DNA from: Camelus ferus
Lineage: Eukaryota
DNA length: 64,000 nt
Reading direction: 5' to 3'
Assembly (NCBI RefSeq): GCF_009834535.1
Contig: NC_045697.1
Coordinates: 30,506,001-30,570,000, forward strand
Made by a program: the position numbers and the translations under genes. Positions 53,160-64,000 of the stretch are shown here, in pieces (the first letter of the stretch is position 1; each line of letters starts with the position of its first letter). The notes beneath the pieces are model-generated. The model was not told the DNA's origin. It made no database searches and was given only the letters and a program-made list of their open reading frames with translations.

Positions 53160-54461
53160 TATTACCAGAGAGTAGGTTCTTGTCTCTCGCAGGAAAGAAT
53201 ACAGGGTATTAAAATGGAAGCAGGTTTATTTAGAGAGGTACGCTTTCCATCGACAGAACGCAGTCCGTCTCAGAAGGGAGAGTGGCCCTGGGGTGCCGGG
53301 TGGTCAGTTTATACAGGCTGAATAATTTCATAAGCGAACAAGTGGGAGGATTACCCCAGCTGTGCTGGGGAAGGGCTGAGGATTTCCAGGAGTTGGTGCT
53401 CCTGCCCGCTTTTTGGGCTTTTTTGGGCAGCCTGGGAACTGTCGTGGCACCTGTGGGTGTGTCACTGAGCATGTGAACGTATCACAATGAGCCTATAATG
53501 AGGCTCAAGACCCACTGGAAGTCGAGTCTTTCAGCATCTTGGGACTAGTTGGTTCTGTGAATGAAAAATGCTGCAAACCACATCAGTAAACAAAGAATGC
53601 TGAAGCCATCAAGTCGTCAGCGGCTGCCGCCACCCCTCAGTGAAGACAAGTGCCTGCAGCCCGGCCTCTGCAGCCACTCACAGTGGTGCACCCTGAGGGG
53701 ACTCAGAATAAGAAAAGACAGGACACTGGCTCTAGATAGCTAGGTGCTTGTCAAAGGAATGAATTCAATGAGTGCAAATGTTTGCTCCCTCCCATACACA
53801 GAAGAGCACTAAATTCTTTAACTTGAGATCCCTGGTTTTCTTTATTTAAGCAGGAATCTTTTATTGTTCCAACTACCTGGTTTTGTTGTAAAGCTCCTAT
53901 ATACTCTAGCTCCTCTCCTACCTCTTTGGAGCAGTTCCTCAGAGCGATCTCAGAGGCTGTCATCCCAGCTCGAGTCCTCCCGCCAAATAAAACATAACTC
54001 TCAACTTTTAGGCTGTGCATTTATTTCAGTCGACACTTCTAACCAGTTTATGTCATTCCCTCAATTGCTGTGTCATTCTTTTAATGGTTATTCCCTGCCC
54101 ACTTCCCTCCTGTCTCAGGGACACATGTTCATTTACCCTCTGCTTCCTTGTGGTTCTGGGGCAAGTGCCTGTGTTGTATCTTGCCAGGATGCTGACTTTG
54201 GTCCTAACTCTACCTGATGTCTGGGGACCGGTACTTAATGTGGTCTGGCTCGCATCTCCATGTCTTTGGTTCGTATTCATAAGAACCTCTGATGAGTCAG
54301 TGACCAGCTAGTAGAAGCTGGCTGGAAAGGGATTTGGTCCAATCACATCTGAACAGGGGTTTAGGGTCACCTGACCTCTCTTTCTCAGCAAGGGTTGCAG
54401 AAGGGCAGAAGGCAGCAGATCGTGATGCTTTTACGATTTGAATAGTCAAAGTTGCTGATAC
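53160..54461 (-). mobile_element. ERV1-class solo LTR interrupted by a second LTR
   Basis: tattaccagagagtaggttcttgtctctcgcaggaaagaat...tttattt (antisense poly(A) signal); the sequence rejoins as ttggttc|taaccag across the insert. Confidence 0.65.
53556..54035 (+). mobile_element. ERV1 solo LTR (MER41/LTR39-like), nested
   Basis: TG...CA termini (tgtgaatgaaaa...gtcgaca); TATA-like cctatata; AATAAA near the 3' end; 4-bp TSD gttc/cttc. Confidence 0.8.
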
Positions 54462-55736
54462 AACAGAGACGCTACTTGTTAGAATATATGAATATCCTGT
54501 CTTCTCCTCATCCCCGTGAATGGGTCTCCCCGCATATTCATACAGAAGTACCCTAGTAGGAACCCCAAAATAAAGAAGGAATCAGCGTTCAGCTTTGACT
54601 TTAAAACAGGATCTTGAATTCCATAATGAAAGGCAGGCTTTGTTGAGAGAAAAAAGGGATTTGTCAATTACAAAAGCTTCTTTTACATGTCAAGAGTAGA
54701 AAGGGGAGTGCATTCAAATTGGTGATCTGAACAGAGTTTTATTTTAAACCAAAGACAGAGACAACCTAGGATATTTAATACTGTGAGGAAAGTCCTACCA
54801 GCCCTAGGGGCCAGGGAGCAAACAAGGAATATGTGAGAGGGAAGGCGAGAAGCCTGAGGTTCTACGTGAGGTTCCTGGCTCCCCTCCCCAGGGGCAGAGT
54901 AAGAGGAGATAAATACGGGCCAGAGAGGTGTGGGCTCCCAGTGTGGCAGTGCTTGTTCCTCATCTCTCAGGGATAGCACGGAAACTTGTCAGTCCCTAAG
55001 GGGAGCCCTGTGTTTTACGTGGAGCTGGAGCCTCATGGAGACACTCAGGGTGTAGTTAGAGGGTGGCTGAGGTAGGTGTCAATGTGAGAAGGCAGGCTAT
55101 CTCTAAGTCCTGGGATGCTGGGGTGGAGGGCTGAAGAGTCTGGGGTCAGAATGGGCCTGCAGCCGTCGGGGTCACACCACATGATACTCAGGATACTCAG
55201 GTGGAGCCCACTGGTCTCGATGAGGACCCACGCGGCCAGAGTCGACCAGCCGCACTGCAGCAGGCAGGACCGCGGGGACAGCACTTGGTCGTCAGGAGGG
55301 TATAGGACCTGTGTCTGGCACTCAGGTTGGACCTTTGGAGGAAGGATATAGACCTGAGGGGAAATTCAATCTTTGAGTCAAGTGAGTATTTATTTACTCA
55401 GAGGAGACTGAGTTAGATCAAGGGAGTTTGTTTTAAATGAGAAGAGATTGCGTTATCTTTAATTTGCAAGTTTAAGCTTCTTTTCTGCAACCAGTAGGAG
55501 AGAGGCTCAAGATCATGATGTGAGGGAACAGTTATAGTGACAAAAGAGATTATTTTCTTCACATCCGAGTCATCATGTAAACTTTGCTTTTATCACAGTG
55601 TTGGGTCTACTAAACCCAGCTCCTTCTACTCATTATTTAACTATGAGCTAGGCAAGGAGTGTGTACTCTGCCTCATTTGTTCTGTTGGACAAGTAGCACA
55701 TGCTTCCTGTAGTGGTGCAGCACAGAACAAGACAGG

Positions 55737-56181
55737 TGTCCACTGAAAAAAAACACACAACGTGAGAGCCGGGGCTCACTGACTATAGCCCAGGAGAAGC
55801 CTCTCCAGGAGCTCCAAAGAACTGCTCCAAAGAGGTGGGCGGAGGTCAGTATATATGTGATTTTGGGGAAGGGGGTACGTGCAGTCAAGCACAATCTCCA
55901 TAGAGGGTTGCTGCTAGTCACGAGGAGCAGATGTCTCCATTATGATTTTAGTGCTTTTCTAGGTATGAGAAGATGCAAGAATCTGGGCTCAAAAAATTTT
56001 CTCCTGAAAATATTTAACTATCTGAAGGTCTGTTCTACCCAGTTGTTTCCAGAGCACAGAGCACCTCATTCCTGATCTCCACCCTGAACTCCTTTCAAGG
56101 GGTGTTGAAGGTCAGCGGCTGCGGCAGCTCGTGACTTCATTCTTGTAGAACCAGATGGCGAGGGACAGTCTTTATTTCACA
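55737..56181 (-). mobile_element. ERV1 solo LTR related to the 53556 LTR
   Basis: tgtccactgaaaaa...ttcaca termini; shares cctctttggagcagttc with 53556-54035 (inverted); 4-bp TSD cagg/cagt. Confidence 0.75.
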
Positions 56182-57060
56182 CAGTGATAGTCCTTTCTGT
56201 AAGCAACTGGTTATTTTTTGGAATAAAGGAAGGGACGGGCCATTCCTCTGTCTGGGTGAAGATTTGTCGTTGTTGTTCGTTGCACACTGTGGCCACTTGG
56301 AGGTATTTTCTGCCCACACTATGTAAGAATGTGGTACAATTTATATATTGGGCAATGTGGGAAGGCACTGAGTTAAAACTCCAATTTCAAATTCGTTCCA
56401 ACATGAATATGTCAGAATTCATGTTTTCTGAGTCATTCCAACGTGTACTTACTTGTTGATTGATCACTGTTTGCCCAGCAAGTATTTATTTTGCTCCACT
56501 TTATAGGCACTCTTTTAGTTGCAGGAAATACAGAGATAGATGAGGTCCTTGCTGCCTTCAGTTGTTGACTGTCTCTTGGGGGACATGAATAAGTCATTAA
56601 ACATGGAGATGGGAGGGCAGCCACCTCTGCCTGAGTTGTGCGGTGGGGAGAAGGCAGGTCTGCCATTTATGTCGTGCAGGATGTACACTGCACAAGGGTG
56701 CCAAGCCAAGGGGACAGAAATTCAGCCCGAGGACCCTGGCGCAGGGCTGCGTACACCTGGGGAAGTGTTGCATTTTTGTGCATACAAGGTGCCATTTGCT
56801 CACCAAATACCATGGCCCTCCAGCTACTGGAGTGCGTCTACCCAAAGCAAGTAACACCTCCTAATTTGCACAAGGGAGCTGTAAAATCTACCACGCAATC
56901 ATGAGAGAAGATGGGATATTTGAACTGAATTTGGATAAAAATTGGCCAAAAGACAGAAGTGCCGGAGAGTTTTCCAGGCAGAAGGAGCAGTCAGTGCAGA
57001 CGTACTGGGGACGGTGTATTGGAGGAACAACAAACACTTGTTAAGGAGACTATTCAGGAG

Positions 57061-57492
57061 GCTGTCAGCAGCAGTTCTTAGTTTTTATTCACATGTCTGG
57101 AGGCGGCAAGGGTGGCAAGGGGCTAGGAGAGGGAGGTGCTAAGCGCCACCGCAAGGCTCTGTCTGCGCAACAATATCCAGGGCATCACCAAGCTTGCCGT
57201 CCATCGTCTAGCTCGTTGCAGTGGCATCAAGCGCATCTCCGGCCTCATCTACGAGGAGACCCACGGGGTGCTGAAGGTGCTCCTGGAGAACGTGGTCCAG
57301 GTCGCCGTCACCTACACCAAGCACGCCAAGTGCAAGACGGTCATGGCCATGGACGTGGTCTATGCGCTAAAGCACCAGGAATGCACCCTCTATGGCTTCA
57401 GTGACTAAGCCTCACTTTGTTTGCAAGCTTTTTTTCTTTTCCCCTATAATAAAGTTAAAGCCCTTTTCAGGGCCACCCGAAAAAAAAAAAAA
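57061..57492 (+). pseudogene. H4: Processed (retrotransposed) histone H4 pseudogene
   Basis: ATG 57093 [21 protein letters not shown]; 4-bp tctg duplication frameshift (~57158-57163); then [38 protein letters not shown], stop at 57408; AATAAA 57448; stem-loop 57459-57474; A13 at 57480-57492; TSD 57047-57060 / 57492-57505. Confidence 0.97.
57459..57479 (+). other. Histone 3' stem-loop remnant
   Basis: AGCCCTTTTCAGGGCC followed by ACCC versus consensus GGCYCTTTTCAGRGCC-ACCCA. Confidence 0.9.
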
Positions 57493-58379
57493 GATTATTT
57501 AGGAGAATTCCTGGATGTTAGACTGCAGGACAGACAGAAGCCACTCCCGATGGGATGGGTGCGCTGAGAAGTTTGCCTTTTGTCCTGCAGCTTTGTGGGG
57601 CCTTTGGAGGGTTTTAAGTATCACCTCCAAATCAGTCTATTCAGTGTGGTTTAATCCTTCCTCTCCAGGCAGCCTCTCTCCCCCACTGGCTTCTCTGTTT
57701 CTCTGACCTCTCATTTTCTCCCCTGCCTTGGCCACACGCTTTGGGATTTAATTACAGTCTGCCTTGTTCACCATCCATCCATTGCCTGTGAAATCTTCCT
57801 CTCCTCTTATCTCTCAGCAGATGTAAAGCTTTGTGCCTGCAACGATTGTGCCTTCCATGCCTAAAGAAATCTCTCTTAGCAGCATGTCTCCAAGTATGGT
57901 ACACGTACCCACTGTGGTAAGTGAGGCGAGTTCAAGGAGGATGCTAACACACACCTTCAACGTATTTATTTTGTGGTATCATAAGCTTTATAAATATTTT
58001 TATTTTAATGTCTACTAAATAAAAAAATACCACATGCACACCAAATCTGTGATTTCACTGATGTGTCTGTTTAGAATGAGGCTGAAACAAAGCTGAAGTT
58101 AAAGAAAAAAAATACTGGTGGTTCAAATGTGGGAAAAATTGTAAAGGTGGTGTGCGGGTGACTGGCATTTGAGATCCAGCCCAGCACTGCACCGGCCAGT
58201 AAGGCTAAGCTGTAGGAAGATCGGCTTGATTTTAGTTAGTTTAGCACTGCGTATTCAGGGTGGTGTATCTAAAAGGGAACAGTCACTATAAGAACTTGAA
58301 AGGAAGGAAGGGGGGGGACAGAAGGGGAGGAGGAGAAGGCTGGGAGAGAACAAGGGTCAGTGGTGATGCCACGATTAAC

Positions 58380-58490
58380 AGAATCACCCAACTAAGCCCT
58401 GCCGACATTTGCAAGCCACAAAGTCATGAGCTGTAATAAAACAGCGGTCGTTTTAAGCCCCTGCATTTTGGGGTGGCAATAAGTAAGTGT
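58380..58490 (+). mobile_element. MLT1 LTR 3' fragment
   Basis: cacaaagtcatgagctgtaataaaacagcggtcgttttaagcccctgcattttggggtgg. Confidence 0.6.
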
Positions 58491-59269
58491 AATGATTCTC
58501 TCTATCTATGCTTCCATAGTGTTCTGTTTTGGCCCCACTGTAGAGTTTACTGCACTACAGCTTAATTTCCTAATATCTACCTGTCCGTCTTTCCTTGTAG
58601 GTGATATGGGGCCGGGAATGACGTTTTGCTGGCTGTTATATTTCTAATATCTAGCTTCAGCTCTGCAAAAAAAATGTGGGCTTAATGATTATTTTTTAGA
58701 ACTTGGGAAGGGTTAAATTAAACGGAACGGACCAGAGCTGATTACAAGTAGGGTGTTCATATATTCGTGTTTGCCTGGAACCTGGCAAGATGTAATTATT
58801 AAGTCCTCATTCACTCTCAGATTTAAAGTATAAACTGTAGGCACCCTAATTAGCGGGACCTTTGTGGGATCAGGGCAGGATTCCACGTGGTTCCCGCTAG
58901 ATTCATTAGAGTTTGAATCTGGCTCTAGCTGGAGAAGCATGTTGGATTTTTAGATGAGAAACTTTGAAGACTGACTTATTATTCCTGCTGCCATTATATT
59001 TTGATTATGTGCTCTGTGATTAGATGTTGAAAATGCTAATGTGTATTAATACTTGATTGATTAGATTACTCATCCTAATCACACGCTGATCACTTTTGAT
59101 AAATGTATTGATTCATATCTGATTTACTTCACAGAACTCTTTGTGTGGCTATGCTTTGACACTATCTGATTACATCTTAATATCTGATTGCTCTTGAGTA
59201 GCTCTTGTTTTAACCATCGGGAGGGTGGATTGTGTCAGCTAGGACGTCTCTGACTGGTGGTGATGCCTG

Positions 59270-59410
59270 GATGAGATAGCCCTGCTGCTTACCGCTGTGT
59301 GACATTTGCTAGGTCACTTAATCTCTCTGGCCTCATCTGTGAGGTGGAGATAATAACAAAGTTACGCATGAGGGTGCCAGGTGGATTAAACGAGAGAATA
59401 TATATTAATA
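59270..59410 (+). mobile_element. MIR SINE
   Basis: gctgtgtgacatttgctaggtcacttaatctctctggcctcatctgtgaggtggagataataac. Confidence 0.75.
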
Positions 59411-61236
59411 GGGTAAACTGGCTGGGTCGTAACTGACATTCTAGATAATTCCAGTGTGTAAGTGGTATCCCTTACTCCCACCCAAACATCCATTTGCATG
59501 AGCTGATATGCATTAAAGCTTTTGTTGTTTCAGAAGGGGGCTCAGGGAAAGGGGAGGCGTGGTTTGAGGTAGGCTGTGGGTCCGGGGAGAAGGGAGAAGA
59601 GAATGAAGGGGCAGGGGGTGGGGAGGGCACGGGCACGGGCACCGTCTTCCCTTTCAGGCCACAAAGTGAAGGTGTTCGCTGTAACAAGGGCCTGGCTGAA
59701 GGGGCAGGTGGGGTGGAAATCCATGCCCGGACACGGGGCTGTGTCGGCTTCTGGGAGGGGTGATTTGTCTAATTCACGTGGAGGGGCTCTCAGAGGAGCC
59801 ATGTGAGAGAGGGCCTCGTGCCCACTTGTTTGAGATCCAGTAGAAAGAGTGAGCAAACAGCTGAGGGACCTGATTAAGTAAGTGAATGACTGCGTAACTC
59901 TAGGCAGAAGGAGGGCTGTTTTAGGGCCCAGAGGACATCCCCCGGCCCACGCCGCTTCCATACTGCAGCTTTCTGTCCTGGCTCCCAGGGTGCCTGATGG
60001 AAGAGGGCTGTGCCTGGGAGACAAGCATTCTCATGAAGTTCAGAGACCTGTGTGTGTGTGTGTATGTGCACGCTGGAGAGGGGAACAAGGAGTGAGTGTG
60101 TGTGTGGGGTGGAGGGGGTGCCTTTTAAATACCGTTACAGCTGGCGGCCACAGGCTCTCGTGATCTGCCAACACTTTACATACATGATCACTTTCAATGG
60201 TCACAGCAATCCTGTGACAACAACCTCAGGTACTTTTATCATCCCTGTTGGGGTGATACAGATGGGAAACAGGCAAAGAGGGATCAAATAACTTCCTCCA
60301 AGGTGACAGAGAGTAACTGGTTGAGGTCTCCCTGGATTTTTGAAAGTTTGCTTTATGCCACTTCGCTTTTACGAAAAACTTACATTAGTACCAGTTTTCA
60401 CTGACCAAGACATCTGAAGAGAATTTTTGCTTATAAGAATAAAAGTCAAAAATGAAAATACTGTTGAGTGTTTGCCTTGCACTGAGCAGTTATAGAGGCC
60501 GTGCACCCCCCGCAGAGGGTGGCACCGCCAGCCTCCTTCCCCGGGACCCACACTCAGCATCTCAGCATCATCACCATAGCTCTGAGCTGTGTCTGTGAGC
60601 ATCTGTGCTTTATCTCGGTTGGTTTTGTGCATCCATTAGCAAGATGTGTCCTAAGATAATTGTTTCTTTTCTTTACACCATTTCGGCATCAGAAAAGATT
60701 CATAGGAACACTCTGCTTTTGGAGAGCAGGGGAAACCTGTACTTGAATCCAGGCCACCAGAAACCAGAGCCACTGCTCTTAGCTCTTACCCCAGGTTGCC
60801 CCCTCATCAGGGAAACTGGCACGGCTCCTGAGCACAGGTGAGCGTCCCACCCCTACTCTTGGGGAGCCCTGGAGTAGGGGGTGCTGAATTCCTACATGAG
60901 CCGGTGATCAGAAAACTCTGGGCATCTGTGTTAATGTGACACCCCACCTCCAGCCTGGGGGCCCTCTGTTTTTGGATTTACAGTACACTTGCCCGGGACC
61001 TGGCCCACACTTACAACTCAGTAGAGGGGTCTCTTTTCAGTGTTGCGGATGATGGATGTGGCGGCTTGTTTCTTCAGTCATGTCTTTAGAGATGAGAACA
61101 CAGAAAACCAGTGCCCTCTTTGGCCTCCCATTGAGCCTGTCTGCTCCTCTGAACCCAGCTTGAGATCTGCAGGGCACCAGAGGGAGACCAGGGAGTGGGT
61201 AATTGTCCCCTGGCATTGGGCCATCAGAAAAGGCCG

Positions 61237-61276
61237 TCGGCTGCCTATCGGCTGCCTATCGGCTGCCTATCGGCTG
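61237..61276. repeat. 11-bp minisatellite (TCGGCTGCCTA) x3.6
   Basis: Perfect tandem units at 61237, 61248 and 61259, plus a partial unit at 61270. Confidence 0.95.
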
Positions 61277-63320
61277 GGGTCCCTGGCTGCTTTCCAGAAG
61301 ATCCCAAGGCCCTGGGAATACGCAAAGTAATGACCAGACAGCCCATGTCAGAACGACCACCCTGAGGCTTAAAGGGCATTTTTACAGAATCGCATATGAG
61401 TAGCCACAAATTAGCAAGTACTTTCTTTTCCTTCCTTCACAGAAAACCAGTTTACCCATGTCTGACTCTCAGATGCTCTCTCTCTTTTCTGTTATTTTAT
61501 TTTGTAACTTTTTGAGTGTATATATAGCATTCTTTTAATATGTTTGGGATTTTCAAAATTAAAGTTACTTTTCTCTTTTATATCTGATATTAAATTTTTT
61601 TTTGGTCTTGTGTAGATTAAGAAAACTTGGAGGAAATAACAGTAAAATGCTAACAAGTCTGTGGGTGATGTGATTATGGGTTATTTTAATTTTCTTTTCT
61701 ATCCTTCTCAATAAGCATGTTCTGCTTTTATAGTAGGAAAGGAAGTGGAATTTGTACGTGTGGGTGTTTTTAATTTTTTTTTTTTTAATTTTGAGATTAG
61801 TTGCCTCCTTCAGTATAGTTTTATTCTACCTACTACAGACAACTTTTACTTCAGGTGGTTATGGTGCTTTTTTGTTTGTACTTCATTTTACTCCCTGGAA
61901 TTCCTCCGTGACAGACTTGTCTGGCTGAGATGGAGGTAGATGAATGACCAAAAAGTACAGACCCAGTCAGCTTCTCATCTGAGAACTGAACGGAAAGAAC
62001 TTTAGACTGGGAATCTGGAGGGCGGGTTCTGGTTCCGACGCCAGCCAGCGCTAAGGGCCTCCGTCTCCTTGTGCTCACAGGGGTCCCCCACCCCTCCCAG
62101 GACGAGGCTGCGGTGAGTCTTTGGTGCCTTATGGGATTCAGTGGGGAAATAGGGCCACTGTTAGCCTACAGTTGACTTTGTTAGGCTACAGCGATTTAAT
62201 TACCCGGCCATTTGGTGTGAGAATAGCTCTCCCTTCTGCTGAGTAAAGGAAGGGAACTCCGTGGTGGCCCTCTGGCAGGATTTCCTGGGACTGGTATTTG
62301 GAGCGACATCTTTAAGGTAGTGAGGGGCAGATGGAACTGGAGGGAGGAGGACTGATGGGCCGGTGGGTAAAGGTGGAGAGGCAGACAAGCCCATCATGCG
62401 TGGATGATGGATGGGGGACAGAAAGGCAAAACCCCAGGGAGGAACCGAAGTGGCCCTGGCTGGAGGGAGGCACGGGGCTTGGGTGTCCCTCTTCTCATTC
62501 CCGATGCCCTGTGGTAGCCATCCAATAGCAGTCGCCATATATCCTGTGACAGTTAACTAATAAATTCTGTTTTTCTTTAATTTAGCTGTAAGTTTCAAGT
62601 AAATATTGATATTTTCCAAGATATAAAACCAGTCACTCATCACAGTGCATTTCAACAAAACCAAACAGTTTGGTGCCCTAGACTTACAGAGGTTTCTCTA
62701 ATTGGATAAAAAGATGAGGTCTGTGCTTTTTCATTTGCCTGATTAATTACTGCTCTGAAACCCTTGAAAACAGACATGGTCTGTGAATGGTATCTGCTAT
62801 TTAATCGAGGACAGATGTTTTCAGAAACCTTTTAAATAGGCCTGGAGAGTTACCGACTCTTAAGCGAAGTGAGTCATTGAACTGTATGTTTTAAAAGTGA
62901 CTGAAATATGCCAGCAAAAAGCAATTTTTACCAATGTTCAAGTTAGGGTCACTCTCATTGTGGTTTGTCCTAAATCCACCAGCACTAAGAAGCAGCACCA
63001 AGATAATCCCCATCCACCCAGGGGTTGAGGCTAAAAATCTAGCTGTCGCCCACAGCCTTTTCCTACTTGCCCTTCCCTCCCTGTCCCTGCCGCGTCCAAG
63101 TTCTGCTGTCAAGTTCATTCCAAAAGTATCTCCCTGGGGATTTCCTTCTGTCTGTTCCACCACCACTACCTAAGTTAAGGCAGCAGTATCAGTTGGGTCT
63201 GATAGGAAAGTAGATTTACCCTAGATAGTCTGAACAAGGCTCATGGGGGACAACCACTGCTTACAACCCTTGAACGGCTCCTCACTGCCCTTAGGATAAA
63301 GTTCAAACTCCTCATGACGG

Positions 63321-63660
63321 TGCCACAGACGGAAACGTATCCCTCCAAAATTCGTATGTTGAATCCTGATCTCCAATGTGATCATATTGGAGGTGGGGTA
63401 TTTAGGAGATGATTAGGTCACAAGGGTGGAGCCCCCATGGATGGGATTAGTGCCCTTATGAAAGACACCGGGAAGGCTCTTTCACGGGGGGACGATGGCC
63501 ATCCGTGAACCAGGAAGTCTGCTCTCAGCGGACTCCGAATCCCCCAGCTCCTTGACTGGGACTTCCCAGCTTCCAGAACTATGAGACATAAATTGCTGCT
63601 GTCTATAAGCTCCCTGGTCTGTGGCATTCTGTTACAGCAGGTCGAGCTGACTGAGATACA
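63321..63660 (+). mobile_element. MLT1A-like MaLR solo LTR
   Basis: ccctccaaaattcgtatgttgaatcc...gagcccccatggatgggattagtgccctta...cttcccagcttccagaactatgag...ctgagataca. Confidence 0.9.
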
Positions 63661-63881
63661 CAGTGTACAGTGAGCCACGTTTTTATCTGCTGCCCTCACC
63701 CATTGCACTCAATGCAGTTTTGAGACCATGAAATGCTCTCTCTCATACCAGCCTTGGTCCCTGCTGTCCTTTGCCTGTGATACTCTTTGATTCCAGGTGC
63801 CCTATTCTCCATGCCTTTTTTTTTTTTTAAGACTATTCAGGGTTATTCTCTCAATTTTTAAAAGAGCTTTTTGGTAGACTT

Positions 63882-64000
63882 CTTTTTTTTTTTTAAAGCG
63901 GTTTTAGTTTTATAGAAAAATTGAGCAGGAAGTACAAAGGATTCTCATATATATGTTTCCTTTCCACCCCCCCCTACAGTTTCACCTATTAGTAACATCT
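63882..64000 (-). mobile_element. L1 3' end (runs off the window)
   Basis: poly(T) then gttttagttttatagaaaaattgagcaggaagtaca. Confidence 0.75.

Noticed and set aside
57093..57408. Functional H4 variant (103-aa and 90-aa ORFs)
   Set aside because: A 4-bp frameshift splits the homology between two frames; many substitutions at invariant residues; poly(A) and TSD; no histone promoter.
62060..62118. 32-nt micro-exon (cacag|...|gtgagt)
   Set aside because: Appears to lie in a degraded MIR; the length is not a multiple of 3; no neighbouring exons identified.

Overview
This is 64 kb of mammalian intergenic or intronic DNA with no intact protein-coding gene that I can support; almost all ORFs in the track are repeat-derived or spurious. 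The host is probably a cetartiodactyl and possibly a camelid. That is an inference from artiodactyl-type young L1 3' ends and the absence of any Alu, CHR/Bov-tA, PRE, Can or ERE SINE I could recognise. The window is mostly interspersed repeats: L1 (including a 4.5 kb 5'-intact, 3'-truncated copy), L2, CR1/L3, MIR, MaLR/ERVL/ERV1 solo LTRs, MER2, MER5 and MER58. Four items stand out. (1) A full-length histone H4 retrocopy keeps the stem-loop and also has a poly(A) tail and TSDs (57047-57505). (2) A roughly 2.4 kb hAT (Blackjack-like) transposase fossil, split by a MIR, lies at 29210-31631. (3) A Ty3/Gypsy RNase H fossil directly follows it at about 31700-32125; neither fossil is apparent from the ORF track. 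(4) Candidate regulatory modules include an immune-type motif cluster at about 36-37.3 kb, three CTCF-like motifs at 46.8-50.8 kb and a dense TGATT/GATA cluster at about 59 kb. Repeat subfamily names come from my recall of consensus sequences, not from a search. I found no convincing new functional system; the fossils and motif clusters are leads to check.
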